From contig JAUCBJ010001376.1 of NCBI GenBank assembly GCA_032718475.1, positions 46,139-110,138 of the forward strand: DNA of 64,000 nt, written 5' to 3'. Within the stretch, counting starts at the first letter, position 1. Each line of letters begins with the position of its first letter. This document shows positions 51,181 to 64,000 of the stretch, piece after piece. Made by a program: the position numbers and the translations under genes. The stretch is from Nemertoderma westbladi (Eukaryota > Animalia > Xenacoelomorpha). Below the pieces are notes generated by a model that was given only the letters and a program-made list of their open reading frames with translations, ran no database searches and had not been told where the DNA came from.

Positions 51181-52534
51181 ATATTTGGTTCATTAATCCA
51201 AACAATTGAAACCAAACAGCCAACCAACTCTTTGAAATAACCAAGCCTTAGAGTTTCTAGTGAAACTATAAAAATGCAAAAGTTGCTAATGAATCTATAA
51301 ATCTGCAATGATGACTGGTTTGTTGGAGGTTGGGTTTTGCTTTTTTTTCCCATCCGAAGAAACCCTAAATCCGGTTTCTGTCTAGAGCCATAGGCGTGTG
51401 GCAGGTGTCCCTTACCCATTACCAACTCGTTACCATTGTCCGGTGGCGATATAATTGAATTTTTATCATTTTCGCAGATAGGGGGGGAAACTGGACGCAA
51501 TAAAAATTAATCCCTCTCCAGGGGAAATTCGACGCAAATAACAGATGATTACTCTCAAAAATAAAACTGTAACTGTAACCCCCCCCCCCCCCCCCCCCCC
51601 TGTCTCAATTTTCGTTATTTGAGTGAACCTTTACCGCGAAAACAATAAATGATTTTCCGTCCTGCCATGCCACAAAGCAATATAACAATAAAGTAAAAGT
51701 GGATGTGATATTATATTTGAACTTGATTGTAAAACTGTGACCAGGTGATTAGATAATAGTCTGGCGAAATTCTAAAGAGGTGTTGTTAGATTCAGGATCC
51801 AACAGACAGTCATCATGAACGTATCCCATCACATTTATGCGGCTAGTAAAATAATCTATATAATTATAATAATAATTATTATTATAATTATAGTTATCAT
51901 TAATTTATTGCGCCTATACTTGGTATATTCTCTGCCCTAATGCTAGTAGGGGCACATATTTTCCAACTTTATAACGCAGTGCGACATTATTTCTCAGTAT
52001 GTTCCTACGCCATATATTTTACTATGTATGTCTAGTATGTCACCGCGTCATTAATAGGTTGTTCTAGAAAATTTAAGTGCATAACTACAAATAATTCCCC
52101 ACAAATAAATAAAATTAGATTTGCCATTGTTCATAATTAGCATTTTAATGCTTTTACGGCCCGCGTTTTGTTATTTGTTACAAAATCACTCGTGCCGTAA
52201 CGCCGTAAAGTATTATTTTATGAACAATGACTTATATAGTTATTTTAACAATTAAATTCGCTGTATATGATAGAGCATTGGGAAGCCTTGAGAATAAATT
52301 ACCTTTGGTTTGCTTTTTATTTTGTGCAATTGTTATAAAAAAAACTAGTGTGAATGTAATTGATATGGGTTAATTTTACGATATGTAAAATGATACCATA
52401 TCGTCTTATCAAGACTGCCCAAGTACAGTAGTGGCTGTAGATGATATGATGATATTGACAGATGGGAGGCCATGAGAAGGTAAATTGCGGACATACAAGG
52501 TATCAGATAGAATTTCCAGGTCTATCTTTTACCT

Positions 52535-52690
52535 GAACCGCTAGCTGAATGGTTAGAGCGTCAGACTGCTATCCCGGAGGTCACCCGTTGGATTGAACCT
52601 AGACGTCATTGCCGACTTTGCAAAGCTGTGACCAACCAAAAGTATCTAGAGAGTGGGAAATCCATTCCCGTAGCAGAGCATCCTTTATTT
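52535..52690 (+). mobile_element. Degenerate tRNA-derived SINE
   Basis: TAGCTGAATGGTTAGAGCGTCAGACT box A/D-arm-like head; box B degraded. Confidence 0.45.
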
Positions 52691-54076
52691 ATATACCCAA
52701 TCGCCTTAATGCTTGTTAGAATTTGTCTCAAAAAATTGGTGAACAATAAAAACAGATTAAATAAGATTACCTCTAATATAATGGAAATTACTTAAATGAT
52801 ATTCTAATGTAACTAACGTGGAATTGCGAGGCAGGGGGTGGGACATTTGCGCAATTCCTTCTCCGTAAATTAATATCTCGTCTCGCGAATCAACTATCAA
52901 AGCACCCTTGACAGTTTAAATTTCGGTTATTGCCTTCTACAGTAGCTAAATGAAATCACACCATTTTGTTATTGCAAATCACGAAACATTTCAAATAAAT
53001 TAAATTAAATAAAAAATATATAATTTTCTGTGGACATCACGTATTCAGGTTAAAATGTAAACGTTCACGAAATATCATTGAATTGAATTGAAATTAATTA
53101 CTTAAATTAATTTTAATAAATTAATTGAATTGAATAATTAATTGAATATCATTGAAATTAACTATCACAATTATTGTCCCCCGGACAAGTACACGCCTTA
53201 TAATCGTACCGCATCGTATAATCTTATAATCTTATCATTTTTCATGAATTCAAGTTCTAATATTGCCTTGGCAACAACCACTTCTAAACTTTTAATTTTT
53301 ATGTCTTATTCATAATATTGACGATTCTTTCTAGAACAATTTGATTGACATTATTGGCAGGACATGATTGGCAAGCTAAGGCTTTTTAAAACAATTTAAT
53401 GGATTCAGTACGTTAACATTTTTATTCTTAAATTGTTACTTTTTCGCTCGAATATACCCCAAAATCGGGAGAAAATGTTTCACATAAGCATAAAGGCTCT
53501 CGACCCTTTATTAACCTCGCTGACGCTCGGTAAATAAAATGCCTCGAGAATAATGAAAAAAAGTTCTACTTTTTTTCCCATGTAATAAATAATTACATTT
53601 GTATTTTAATCGAAATTTTATTGCATATCGTAATTATTGAGCAAATAAATTATCAAACATGAAATATAATAATAAGTAAAAAATCAGCAAACAATTATTT
53701 TAAACAGGTTTTAGCTATATAAAATGTATTTAATGTTGTAACAAGCTAGAACAAACTTGAGAGCTAGTTAGTAACGAAATTTTTTATTTCGCAATTTTCA
53801 TTGGGGGTGGGGGGGTGCAATTTTCATCGGGGGTAAATTGTCCTTTCACGAATTAATTAGAGCAGACGATATTTAATGATATTATTAAGCACTGTGGCAT
53901 GCTATCACATGACATTTCTTTGCATTCACATAACATCGTATTGTATCATGCAAATATGATACTAATGTCACCTTCAATGAAATTTTACGACAACAGATCT
54001 ATAAAATTATGATCTGATGACAACAAACCATTTCCATGATGAGGAACTACTATGACTTACTATTTGTACGACTATC

Positions 54077-54129
54077 AGTCGGCCAGTTGTATTGGGTGAT
54101 AGTCTATCACCCAATACAACTGGCCGACT
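54077..54129. repeat. Perfect inverted repeat, 26-bp arms with 1-nt spacer
   Basis: AGTCGGCCAGTTGTATTGGGTGATAG-T-CTATCACCCAATACAACTGGCCGACT. Confidence 0.95.
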
Positions 54130-55299
54130 CACCAACTATTTATAGCTGAAGCACTTTAGGAAGCTTTTTGTTGCTAAGTAGTGTTAATGTTTGACAGGTG
54201 TACAATCTATTTTAGATAAGGTGGACAGCCATGCACAATTAAAAGAGGGACCATGTACCACGTCTAATATGTCCGATAAGGCGTAAACCAACGGCCTTCT
54301 TTGAGTCCGCTCAACCTGGGAATATACTGCACATAAAATTGTGTATCGAATCAAGCGAGAACAGGTTCCCTCCTCTCTCTCTCTCTCTCTGGCTATGACG
54401 CAATGATTGTTACTGTGGGAACAGGAGGGCTCAGCATTCCACTGGAGTGTCTTATCTTGTCATCAGCCAAAGATTGCCGGTATAGGCCATAGTGGTTACG
54501 GTCCTAATAATAACTGAAAGGGACCATCTGCTACCTTGATGCTGTTTTCGAGGAACATATTCACTCATCCATCAAAACGTTCACATTGTGTGGGTTGGCC
54601 ACGTCAAATGGGACACATTAATTTTGTTTGACTTCGGCTTTTGACCACCTGCAAAATTATTTGTAGGAAGGTTATAATTAGCTATGTACGAACAACAGAT
54701 CACAGCGATAGTCTCAATAATAGACTAGTTAACAGGCAAATGGTCAAATTAAATTAAGGCTATTTGAAGAGGAAAATATCTTGAAAAATTCCTGCAGTTT
54801 CCAAAATTTAAATGTGTGTTTATGAAATTAATAAGGTATACAAATCGACCCTTGTCTTACCTACCAGGTGTGTTCTAAATGGATCACATTATTTTATTTT
54901 AAATCGCTCGAATATTCCTCAAAATCAGGAGTAAAGATGTACTTTTTATTCTGAAGAGTACAATAATTGCAATCGCAGTAACTATGGAAGCAATATACTG
55001 TAGTACAATTCTACAGTTCAATTTATTTTGTAACACTATATCGCTCTATATTTTATTAAAGAACTAAAAGCAACAAAAAAGTAACAATTTAAGAATCAAA
55101 TTACGTATTATGTGGGAAAAAAATTAGAACATATTTTTTTCAATATTCTCTCCACCCTTTTTTATACTCGCTATCGCTCGGTTTGTCCGTGTTTCAATTA
55201 AACACACTACATAACATGTGAAAATTATGTTTAGTTAAAATCAATTCAATTCAATAGAGAAAAGGGAATAGCATCAGCTGTTACTGTTTTGTATCAAAA

Positions 55300-55880
55300 C
55301 TCAGGTTATTAATACACAAACAGAAATAACAGAGTATTTGAGCCGCCATTCTATGATCCCTTAGGACTGAGCGATAATCTTGGCATTGCTCCTAAATCAT
55401 CATATTGTCTTAAGTTTTGCCTAAAAATCAGCTTAGGGAGTTAAAGTCGAGGCAATGCGCATTGGCCAGTGTCACTAATGCTCGGATTATGATCCCTCCA
55501 TAGCTGGCCATCAGATCAGTCAGGTTTTCATTAATGAGTTTAATTCGTTGGATCAATGAGAGGTCCTCTGTAAACTAGATGAGAACAACAGCTCCTCCTT
55601 GTGGAATATTAGGCCCAGTGTTGGTGCATCTAGCAGACCACGGAGTGATTAGACCTTGCTTGTTGGGGTGGAAACTGATGTAATTTTTTTTGGATGTATC
55701 GAGATTTCATCGATCCATGGATCGTAGTGATTCAAGAAAGCCATCACACAGGCAGAAGTCAAATTGATTTTTTCCAATGCTGATGTACCTGCTACAATTG
55801 TTTAGTAATCCATCCCAGTACTGGGCAAAATCATTGGGATCTGAGTCACAAGGAAATATCACCTAGTTCAACCTGCAACC
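55300..55880 (-). mobile_element. Probable decayed LINE RT fragment
   Basis: Higher-GC block with residual RT-like reading (NQFDF...) on the - strand; clade not determinable. Confidence 0.35.
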
Positions 55881-56242
55881 AGTTGATGAGACAGAGAACT
55901 GGACTTAGTAAAAAGTTTGTAATTAGATATAAGTGCAGGACAATATACAGTGCAATATTTGGCTTATTTCAGCTTTATTTTTACTTACTTTATCCTATTT
56001 ATCCTTACTTTTATTTTCAGCAATATTCAGCTTTTGAAGGACCTTTTTATAAGTTTTTAACAATATATTATACATATACATTATACACATGTAATACAAT
56101 TAAATATTGTTAATTTATTTTGCAGCTTCTATAGTTATAGCTAATAGATATTAAAAATGTTACACATTTAGACTCTCGGCTGCGCGAAGGCCCCACAATG
56201 TGTAACTCAAAGATATATTATAAATTAGCAGACTGAATGAAG

Positions 56243-59200
56243 TGCTTCAATGTGTAATTCAATTGAACCACTTTTACTCTACTACTGTTACTCGTTTCAG
56301 TGTGTAATTCAATTGAACCACTTTTACTCTACTACTGTTACTCGCTTCAGTGTGTAATTCAATTGAACCACTTTTACTCTACTACCATTACTCGCTTCAG
56401 TTTGTAATTCAATTGAACCACTTTTACTCTACTACCGTTACTCGCTTCAGTGTGTAATTCAATTGAACCACTTTTACTCTACTACCATTACTCGCTTCAG
56501 TTTGTAATTCAATTGAACCACTTTTACTCTACTACCATTACTCGCTTCAGTTTGTAATTCAATTGAACCACTTTTACTCTACTACCGTTACTCGCTTCAG
56601 TGTGTAATTCAATTGAACCACTTTTACTCTACTACCATTACTCGCTTCAGTTTGTAATTCAATTGAACCACTTTTACTCTACTACCATTACTCGCTTCAG
56701 TAAATTCAATTGAACCACTTTTACTCTACTACCGTTACTCGCTTCAGTGTGTTATTCAATTGAACCACTTTTACTCTACTACCATTACTCGCTTCAGTTT
56801 GTAATTCAATTGAACCACTTTTACTCTACTACCGTTACTCGCTTCAGTGTGTAATTCAATTGAACCACTTTTACTCTACTACCATTACTCGCTTCAGTTT
56901 GTAATTCAATTGAACCACTTTTACTCTACTACCATTACTCGCTTCAGTTTGTAATTCAATTGAACCACTTTTACTCTACTACCGTTACTCGCTTCAGTGT
57001 GTAATTCAATTGAACCACTTTTACTCTACTACCATTACTCGCTTCAGTGTGTAATTCAATTGAACCACTTTTACTCTACTACCATTACTCGCTTCAGTTT
57101 GTAATTCAATTGAACCACTTTTACTCTACTACCGTTACTCGCTTCAGTGTGTAATTCAATTGAACCACTTTTACTCTACTACCATTACTCGCTTCAGTTT
57201 GTAATTCAATTGAACCACTTTTACTCTACTACCGTTACTCGCTTCAGTGTGTAATTCAATTGAACCACTTTTACTCTACTACCATTACTCGCTTCAGTGT
57301 GTAATTCAATTGAACCACTTTTACTCTACTACTGTTACTCGTTTCAGTGTGTAATTCAATTGAACCACTTTTACTCTACTACTGTTACTCGCTTCAGTGT
57401 GTAATTCAATTGAACCACTTTTACTCTACTACCATTACTCGCTTCAGTTTGTAATTCAATTGAACCACTTTTACTCTACTACCGTTACTCGCTTCAGTGT
57501 GTAATTCAATTGAACCACTTTTACTCTACTACCATTACTCGCTTCAGTTTGTAATTCAATTGAACCACTTTTACTCTACTACCATTACTCGCTTCAGTTT
57601 GTAATTCAATTGAACCACTTTTACTCTACTACCGTTACTCGCTTCAGTGTGTAATTCAATTGAACCACTTTTACTCTACTACCATTACTCGCTTCAGTTT
57701 GTAATTCAATTGAACCACTTTTACTCTACTACCATTACTCGCTTCAGTAAATTCAATTGAACCACTTTTACTCTACTACCGTTACTCGCTTCAGTGTGTT
57801 ATTCAATTGAACCACTTTTACTCTACTACCATTACTCGCTTCAGTTTGTAATTCAATTGAACCACTTTTACTCTACTACCGTTACTCGCTTCAGTGTGTA
57901 ATTCAATTGAACCACTTTTACTCTACTACCATTACTCGCTTCAGTGTGTAATTCAATTGAACCACTTTTACTCTACTACTGTTACTCGTTTCAGTGTGTA
58001 ATTCAATTGAACCACTTTTACTCTACTACTGTTACTCGCTTCAGTGTGTAATTCAATTGAACCACTTTTACTCTACTACCATTACTCGCTTCAGTTTGTA
58101 ATTCAATTGAACCACTTTTACTCTACTACCGTTACTCGCTTCAGTGTGTAATTCAATTGAACCACTTTTACTCTACTACCATTACTCGCTTCAGTTTGTA
58201 ATTCAATTGAACCACTTTTACTCTACTACCATTACTCGCTTCAGTTTGTAATTCAATTGAACCACTTTTACTCTACTACCGTTACTCGCTTCAGTGTGTA
58301 ATTCAATTGAACCACTTTTACTCTACTACCATTACTCGCTTCAGTTTGTAATTCAATTGAACCACTTTTACTCTACTACCATTACTCGCTTCAGTAAATT
58401 CAATTGAACCACTTTTACTCTACTACCGTTACTCGCTTCAGTGTGTTATTCAATTGAACCACTTTTACTCTACTACCATTACTCGCTTCAGTTTGTAATT
58501 CAATTGAACCACTTTTACTCTACTACCGTTACTCGCTTCAGTGTGTAATTCAATTGAACCACTTTTACTCTACTACCATTACTCGCTTCAGTTTGTAATT
58601 CAATTGAACCACTTTTACTCTACTACCATTACTCGCTTCAGTTTGTAATTCAATTGAACCACTTTTACTCTACTACCGTTACTCGCTTCAGTGTGTAATT
58701 CAATTGAACCACTTTTACTCTACTACCATTACTCGCTTCAGTGTGTAATTCAATTGAACCACTTTTACTCTACTACCATTACTCGCTTCAGTTTGTAATT
58801 CAATTGAACCACTTTTACTCTACTACCGTTACTCGCTTCAGTGTGTAATTCAATTGAACCACTTTTACTCTACTACCATTACTCGCTTCAGTTTGTAATT
58901 CAATTGAACCACTTTTACTCTACTACCGTTACTCGCTTCAGTGTGTAATTCAATTGAACCACTTTTACTCTACTACCATTACTCGCTTCAGTGTGTAATT
59001 CAATTGAACCACTTTTACTCTACTACCATTACTCGCTTCAGTTTGTAATTCAATTGAACCACTTTTACTCTACTACCGTTACTCGCTTCAGTGTGTAATT
59101 CAATTGAACCACTTTTACTCTACTACCATTACTCGCTTCAGTTTGTAATTCAATTGAACCACTTTTACTCTACTACCATTACTCGCTTCAGTTTGTAATT

Positions 59201-59532
59201 CAATTGAACCACTTTTACTCTACTACCGTTACTCGCTTCAGTGTGTAATTCAATTGAACCACTTTTACTCTACTACCATTACTCGCTTCAGTTTGTAATT
59301 CAATTGAACCACTTTTACTCTACTACCATTACTCGCTTCAGTAAATTCAATTGAACCACTTTTACTCTACTACCGTTACTCGCTTCAGTGTGTAATTCAA
59401 TTGAACCACTTTTACTCTACTACCGTTACTCGCTTCAGTGTGTTATTCAATTGAACCACTTTTACTCTACTACCGTTACTCGCTTCAGTGTGTAATTCAA
59501 TTGAACCACTTTTACTCAACCACCATTACTCG
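56243..59532. repeat. 50-bp tandem satellite, ~66 copies, in TARP intron 3
   Basis: Unit GTAATTCAATTGAACCACTTTTACTCTACTACC(A/G)TTACTCGCTTCAGT(G/T)T; no unique spacers. Confidence 0.98.
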
Positions 59533-59913
59533 GTGCTTGCTATTTACATGACGCCCAGCAACATCATTACCATCAGAATCACCATTACTTTTTCCCGTGC
59601 TTTATTTATATAGTTGATATTGAGATGGCCAAAAAATTAATTAAAGTATATATAGTTAAGTTGACGTTCTCAGCATCCATCGGTTGATAAGTTGAATTTT
59701 TTGTGTCTATTATTTAATAAACACATTGAATTTATATTATTCTCTATGATATTGAGATCATTTTAAGAAGTGAGTAACATTTAAGTAAAAATACCACTTA
59801 CAACAAACTATAATAATATTGGCAAGACACATATTTGTAATTCATCACCCCGTAAATACCACCTATATGATCTACGCAATAAGACAACAATATATTGCAT
59901 ATTTAATTTGCAG

Positions 59914-60770
59914 GACTTCTAGCTGTGCTGGGTCTGATCCTGTACATTACGCGAACCCATGATATAATTGAGAGAATCTCAGCCAAGGCATCTGGTCAAA
60001 AGGATTCAACGAAAAGGGAAACATCCTACGAGTATGGGTGGAGCTTCTTCCTGGCTGTCCTCGCTTTCGGAGCAACCGAGATTGCAGGCGTCGCTGCCAT
60101 CAACCTGTACATCGACAAGAGGAAAAGTCTGGAAGCCGCCAAGATTGGTTACACACGAAGCCCAGGATCAATTCCCGCAGCACCGCACCAACCAACAACC
60201 GCACCGCTGTACAAGCACTGCAACAGTAGAGACTCATTGGCCCCTTCAGCTTATCAGTCATCCACTGGGTGCACAACCTTGCCAAACTGTCAGCGAGGAC
60301 CAGAGCGAGCACTGCAAATACGAGGAGGAACCGCAGAATACGATGGGTTTAATAGGTTAGGAGGAGGCTATACAGTTGATCCATCATACACGGCTCACGA
60401 CGGTCCGTCCCACTCCAATAAAGTACCATTGACACGGAGTGCCTCTTGCGAGGCTGTTCAGCAGCATTACCACTATCCAGCACCGCATTTCGCTCCAGTA
60501 ATTGATGCTCTTGTTCATTACCCGCCACCTCCGAATCGACAACTGTCGCGCGCCTCCCAGCGAGCAGGTTCAATGGTGCGCAGCGGGTCTCATCACTACG
60601 CCCCGTTCGTTGTTCCCTCGGAGACTGGGCATATCAACCCCGAGAGATACTCTGTACTCCAAAGGGACGTGGTTACCATGTCTGGGTATGATTTTGCCAA
60701 GTGGTACCAAATTGGCGGTGGAGGTGGAACCACAGCTGGTGGTATTATGAAAAGAACTACACCAGTTTAA
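59914..60770 (+). CDS. CACNG2-like: TARP/stargazin-like, coding exon 4 (end of TM3, TM4, cytoplasmic tail ending RTTPV)
   Basis: TTTGCAG acceptor; GLLAVLGLILYI, YEYGWSFFLA..AF...EIAGV.AINLYI, terminal KRTTPV*. The four exons total 1290 nt (429 aa) in frame. Confidence 0.95.
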
Positions 60771-61204
60771 GTTTAATGCATACACACACAGTAATCCAAT
60801 AGTTTATAAAGTCTTTTATAATTTATTATTATTGATATCATAGGATATATTATGCTTTGATTTGAATAGGATACTAAAGAACTTTCTTCCACTTGATATA
60901 TAACAGTTTGCTTTATTGGATATTTATGGCATACTTTTGGATTTCTAATCCAAATGCATTTCATCTCAGCTGATTAAAGATGAAAAGCAATCTTCTTAAC
61001 AAAGAAAAGGTTAATTTTTCGATCAAAAGGAATTGACTACTGTTTCATCAATGAAAAATTGTCAGTTCTCTAGACGATAATAAATAAGAAAAATATCGTC
61101 GAGAAAGTAATACTTATGTTCGTGATTAATTACAAAATTAAAAATAATTCGTAATCATTTTAGGGAAAACTATGTAAACTATATAAAGAAATGGATGAGC
61201 AAAC

Positions 61205-61440
61205 TATTCTAATATTTTAGCTTCATTTTCTTATTAGCTAACAGATTGGGGATCTATGAATACATAAACTATGAAATTCCATAATGAATTAAGAATTGTA
61301 CGACTACTGCTGTAAAATTTCGTTAGGTTTGGCTTTACCGGTCGGTACCCGTACAATTTTTAAATAATTATGTAATTTCTAATTTTGTGTCTTAAATCCT
61401 ATATTTGTTAGCTAATAAGAAAATGAAGCTGAAAACAGTT
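61205..61440. repeat. Inverted repeat (MITE-like) downstream of the TARP stop codon
   Basis: AGCTTCATTTTCTTATTAGCTAACA (~61219) vs TGTTAGCTAATAAGAAAATGAAGCT (~61406). Confidence 0.65.
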
Positions 61441-63704
61441 GCAACGTTGTTTGCATATCAATTTGAAATAAAATAATTCACAGTCTTTATATAATAATTA
61501 ATATGCGCACTGTGCAGCCATGTTTATATTAAATACTATACCGGTTATAAATTGGAATTCCTTTTTTTATGAAATCCACATCCATCATATTTTTGTTTGT
61601 ATAAACTACTTTAAAACAATCTCGAATATAACGACCATCTTGTCGTTCTTAATTGTATTTTTTAATAGTGGCTGTGGGTTTCATTTTATAAATTTATTAC
61701 AAATACAAAAGTATGCTTCTGCTTTAGAGCAAAAAATAATCTGGACACCCGAATTCGTTACTGTACGTTTATTACTCTTATTCGGCAGTTTGTTTATCGA
61801 TTTTGTACCGGCTCCGGCATATTATTTTCAATCAAATGAACTGGAATATCATATAAAGCAATCGTATAGAGTACAATATGCCATGTTAAAGAATATTAAT
61901 AATATTATTAACATATAACTATTTACATCATTGTGTGAAAAGTAGCATTTATCACCGTTACTTAAATATACGAGTCATAATCGCTGAATATTGAGTGCCC
62001 TTTTCACACAATGGTTTACGTAACTTTGTTACATTATTGCATTCTGATTGCATAATTATTACATAAATGAACAATCAAGACTAGAATTTTATTATTACTA
62101 ATTAATTGAATTCCTTTAATTGCACCTTTAGGTATCAATAAATTAATTCATTTTATTCTGGAACATCATATTGTTCATCCAGTTGCAACTTAATGAACAG
62201 AAAATAAGTAATAAAGGATAGAAAATAAGTAAATTAAATGTTTCACTTATTTTTAAACGAAACAGATAAATTGGTGTTAATAAATTTGAAATTCATTCTT
62301 ATCATTTTGATGAATAAAGTGGCCGGAGGGGGTGGGGTGGGGACTTGACGCGAATCCAGTTTCGGCGAATTAATATCTCTTCGAATGTTAAATCAGGTTA
62401 CAATAGCACGTTATTTTAACGAAATAACCAAACCAATAAACTAAAGTCAATCCGGTATTATTTGCGTCGATTTTTCCTTTGATTGTGTCAAGAGACCACC
62501 CCCCCCCCCCCCCCCCCCCCCCCCCCCTATTAGTTATTAGCTATGTTTTGTAACAGATTGGTATAAAAATTAATCTATCTCTACTGCTTTTAATTCAAAA
62601 GCAAATTCGAAAAGGAGAACAAATATGCCAACTTTTCACATTTGTAGTATTCGGGTGTCGATATTATTAGTAAAATTATTAGTTATTGATTCAAATAGAT
62701 AACCTATTTAATTGAATACGTTAAATTTGTAGATTATTATTTATTATAAATTCTGCAAACACTAAATGCGACAGTGTTATATATATTTACTCATAGTGTC
62801 AATAGAATTGCAATGACATTACGTGTTGAAGAATTGACTGTCATACATTGAACATACTTTAGGATATTACTATACAGTTTGCGTGCCAATATCGAGTAGT
62901 CAAGTGAGTTTTTAGATGTTTTCTTTAGCAATTTTTTTTTCATAAATATATGTGTCAGTAATTATTAACAGTAACAAAATTCAATCATTCAATGGGGGTG
63001 TGGAGAGCAGTCCAGATACATCGGCGAGCTAATAGATTTAGCAACCATCTATCACCTTGGAGAAACATTTAACCAAAGTTGATCTTCGCCTGTTAATCTA
63101 GGGAAAGGGAAACATCAATTAAGGGAAAGGAGCAGGTTACAGTGGTATGTACATAAATGGTGGTAAACAGTACAGGTTAAATTTCATAATCAGCTCACAA
63201 TAAATTAATTAAGTTGTAATTATTTATCGAGCCTTCGCCCACAAGGAACAGAAAGAATTTATCTAAAATAATTTGTCAATTATTTTCATCTATAGGTTAT
63301 TCAAAACATTGAGCTGCTCCTTTGTGCGAATTTCGGATCAACAATCGAGCGTGAACTGCTCTATGGCAGTCATTGATGACGGCTTACTGCTGAGGACTAC
63401 AGATCTCTGTAGTGTAAATAGACCAGAAAGTTACTTAGGGCGCGCAATGTTATATATGCCTCACATAAATAATGAATCCCATCAACAATTATGGTAGCAT
63501 ATTATGTCTCGAAGCATTATCTGATTTATATTAATGATAGTAACAAGAGTTGGAAGGCTGTGTGTTCGTGGTGTTTGTTATTATATATTAATTATATGAA
63601 CTGATCTAGGGTCTCAACCTCGAATGATAAGCATATTTTACCGAAATGACTTGTTTTTATTGACGGAATTGTAGGACTAATCCCATCACATCGTTACTAT
63701 CTTT

Positions 63705-64000
63705 GAAGCAGGCAATCATCCCAGGCATGGAGATCGATCAACTTGCTTGCTGGTCGAAAAAGCCAACCAACCACCAAGGTTAAGGCTGAATTACCAGCCG
63801 ATCGCCTCAATGGTTGGAAGGCCCACTTTGAAAAGCTCCTCAATAATGACAGGGTATTGCCTGATAACTTTATAGAAGTAAAAGTGTCTGAGTCTGTACT
63901 CCCAGATATTCCCATTGGTGATATCTCCTTTGCAGAAGTGAAGGCTGCTGCAAAGAGCATTAAGACCAATCGTGCCAGTGGAGTAGATGGTGTTCCCCCT
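63705..64000 (+). mobile_element. LINE ORF2 fragment upstream of the RT domain (continues beyond the window)
   Basis: AWRSINLLAG...WKAHFEKLLN...ISFAEVKAAAKSIKTNRASGVDGVP. Confidence 0.85.

Noticed and set aside
56243-59532. CRISPR array (regular repeat with palindromic core)
   Set aside because: Units are contiguous with no unique spacers, there are no cas genes, and the context is a eukaryotic intron.

Overview
AT-rich, repeat-dense animal (probably invertebrate) genomic DNA; nothing here looks prokaryotic. The left third holds two decayed, tail-to-tail BEL/Pao LTR retrotransposons (element A, + strand, <1 to ~10291; element B, - strand, 11424 to ~22762). They are divergent from each other, yet both carry a homologous extra ORF between pol and the 3' LTR, where env would normally be. 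In B this ORF reconstructs to ~865 aa, with a WRN/EXD-like DEDD 3'-5' exonuclease-type domain and a cluster of CCHC zinc knuckles. B also has six dispersed copies of a GAAA-tetraloop, bulged-A RNA hairpin. This is the best candidate for an undescribed system. Next come RTE-type LINE fragments, a hAT transposon with an uninterrupted transposase ORF, and a 4-coding-exon TARP/stargazin (CACNG) gene (34817-60770, +, 429 aa, ending RTTPV). Its introns contain SINEs, two MULE-type MITEs with 9-bp TSDs, a CRE-like RLE fragment, a templated 232-bp insertion, a perfect 53-bp palindrome and a 3.3-kb 50-bp satellite. All protein assignments are by motif recognition by eye; no database searches were run.
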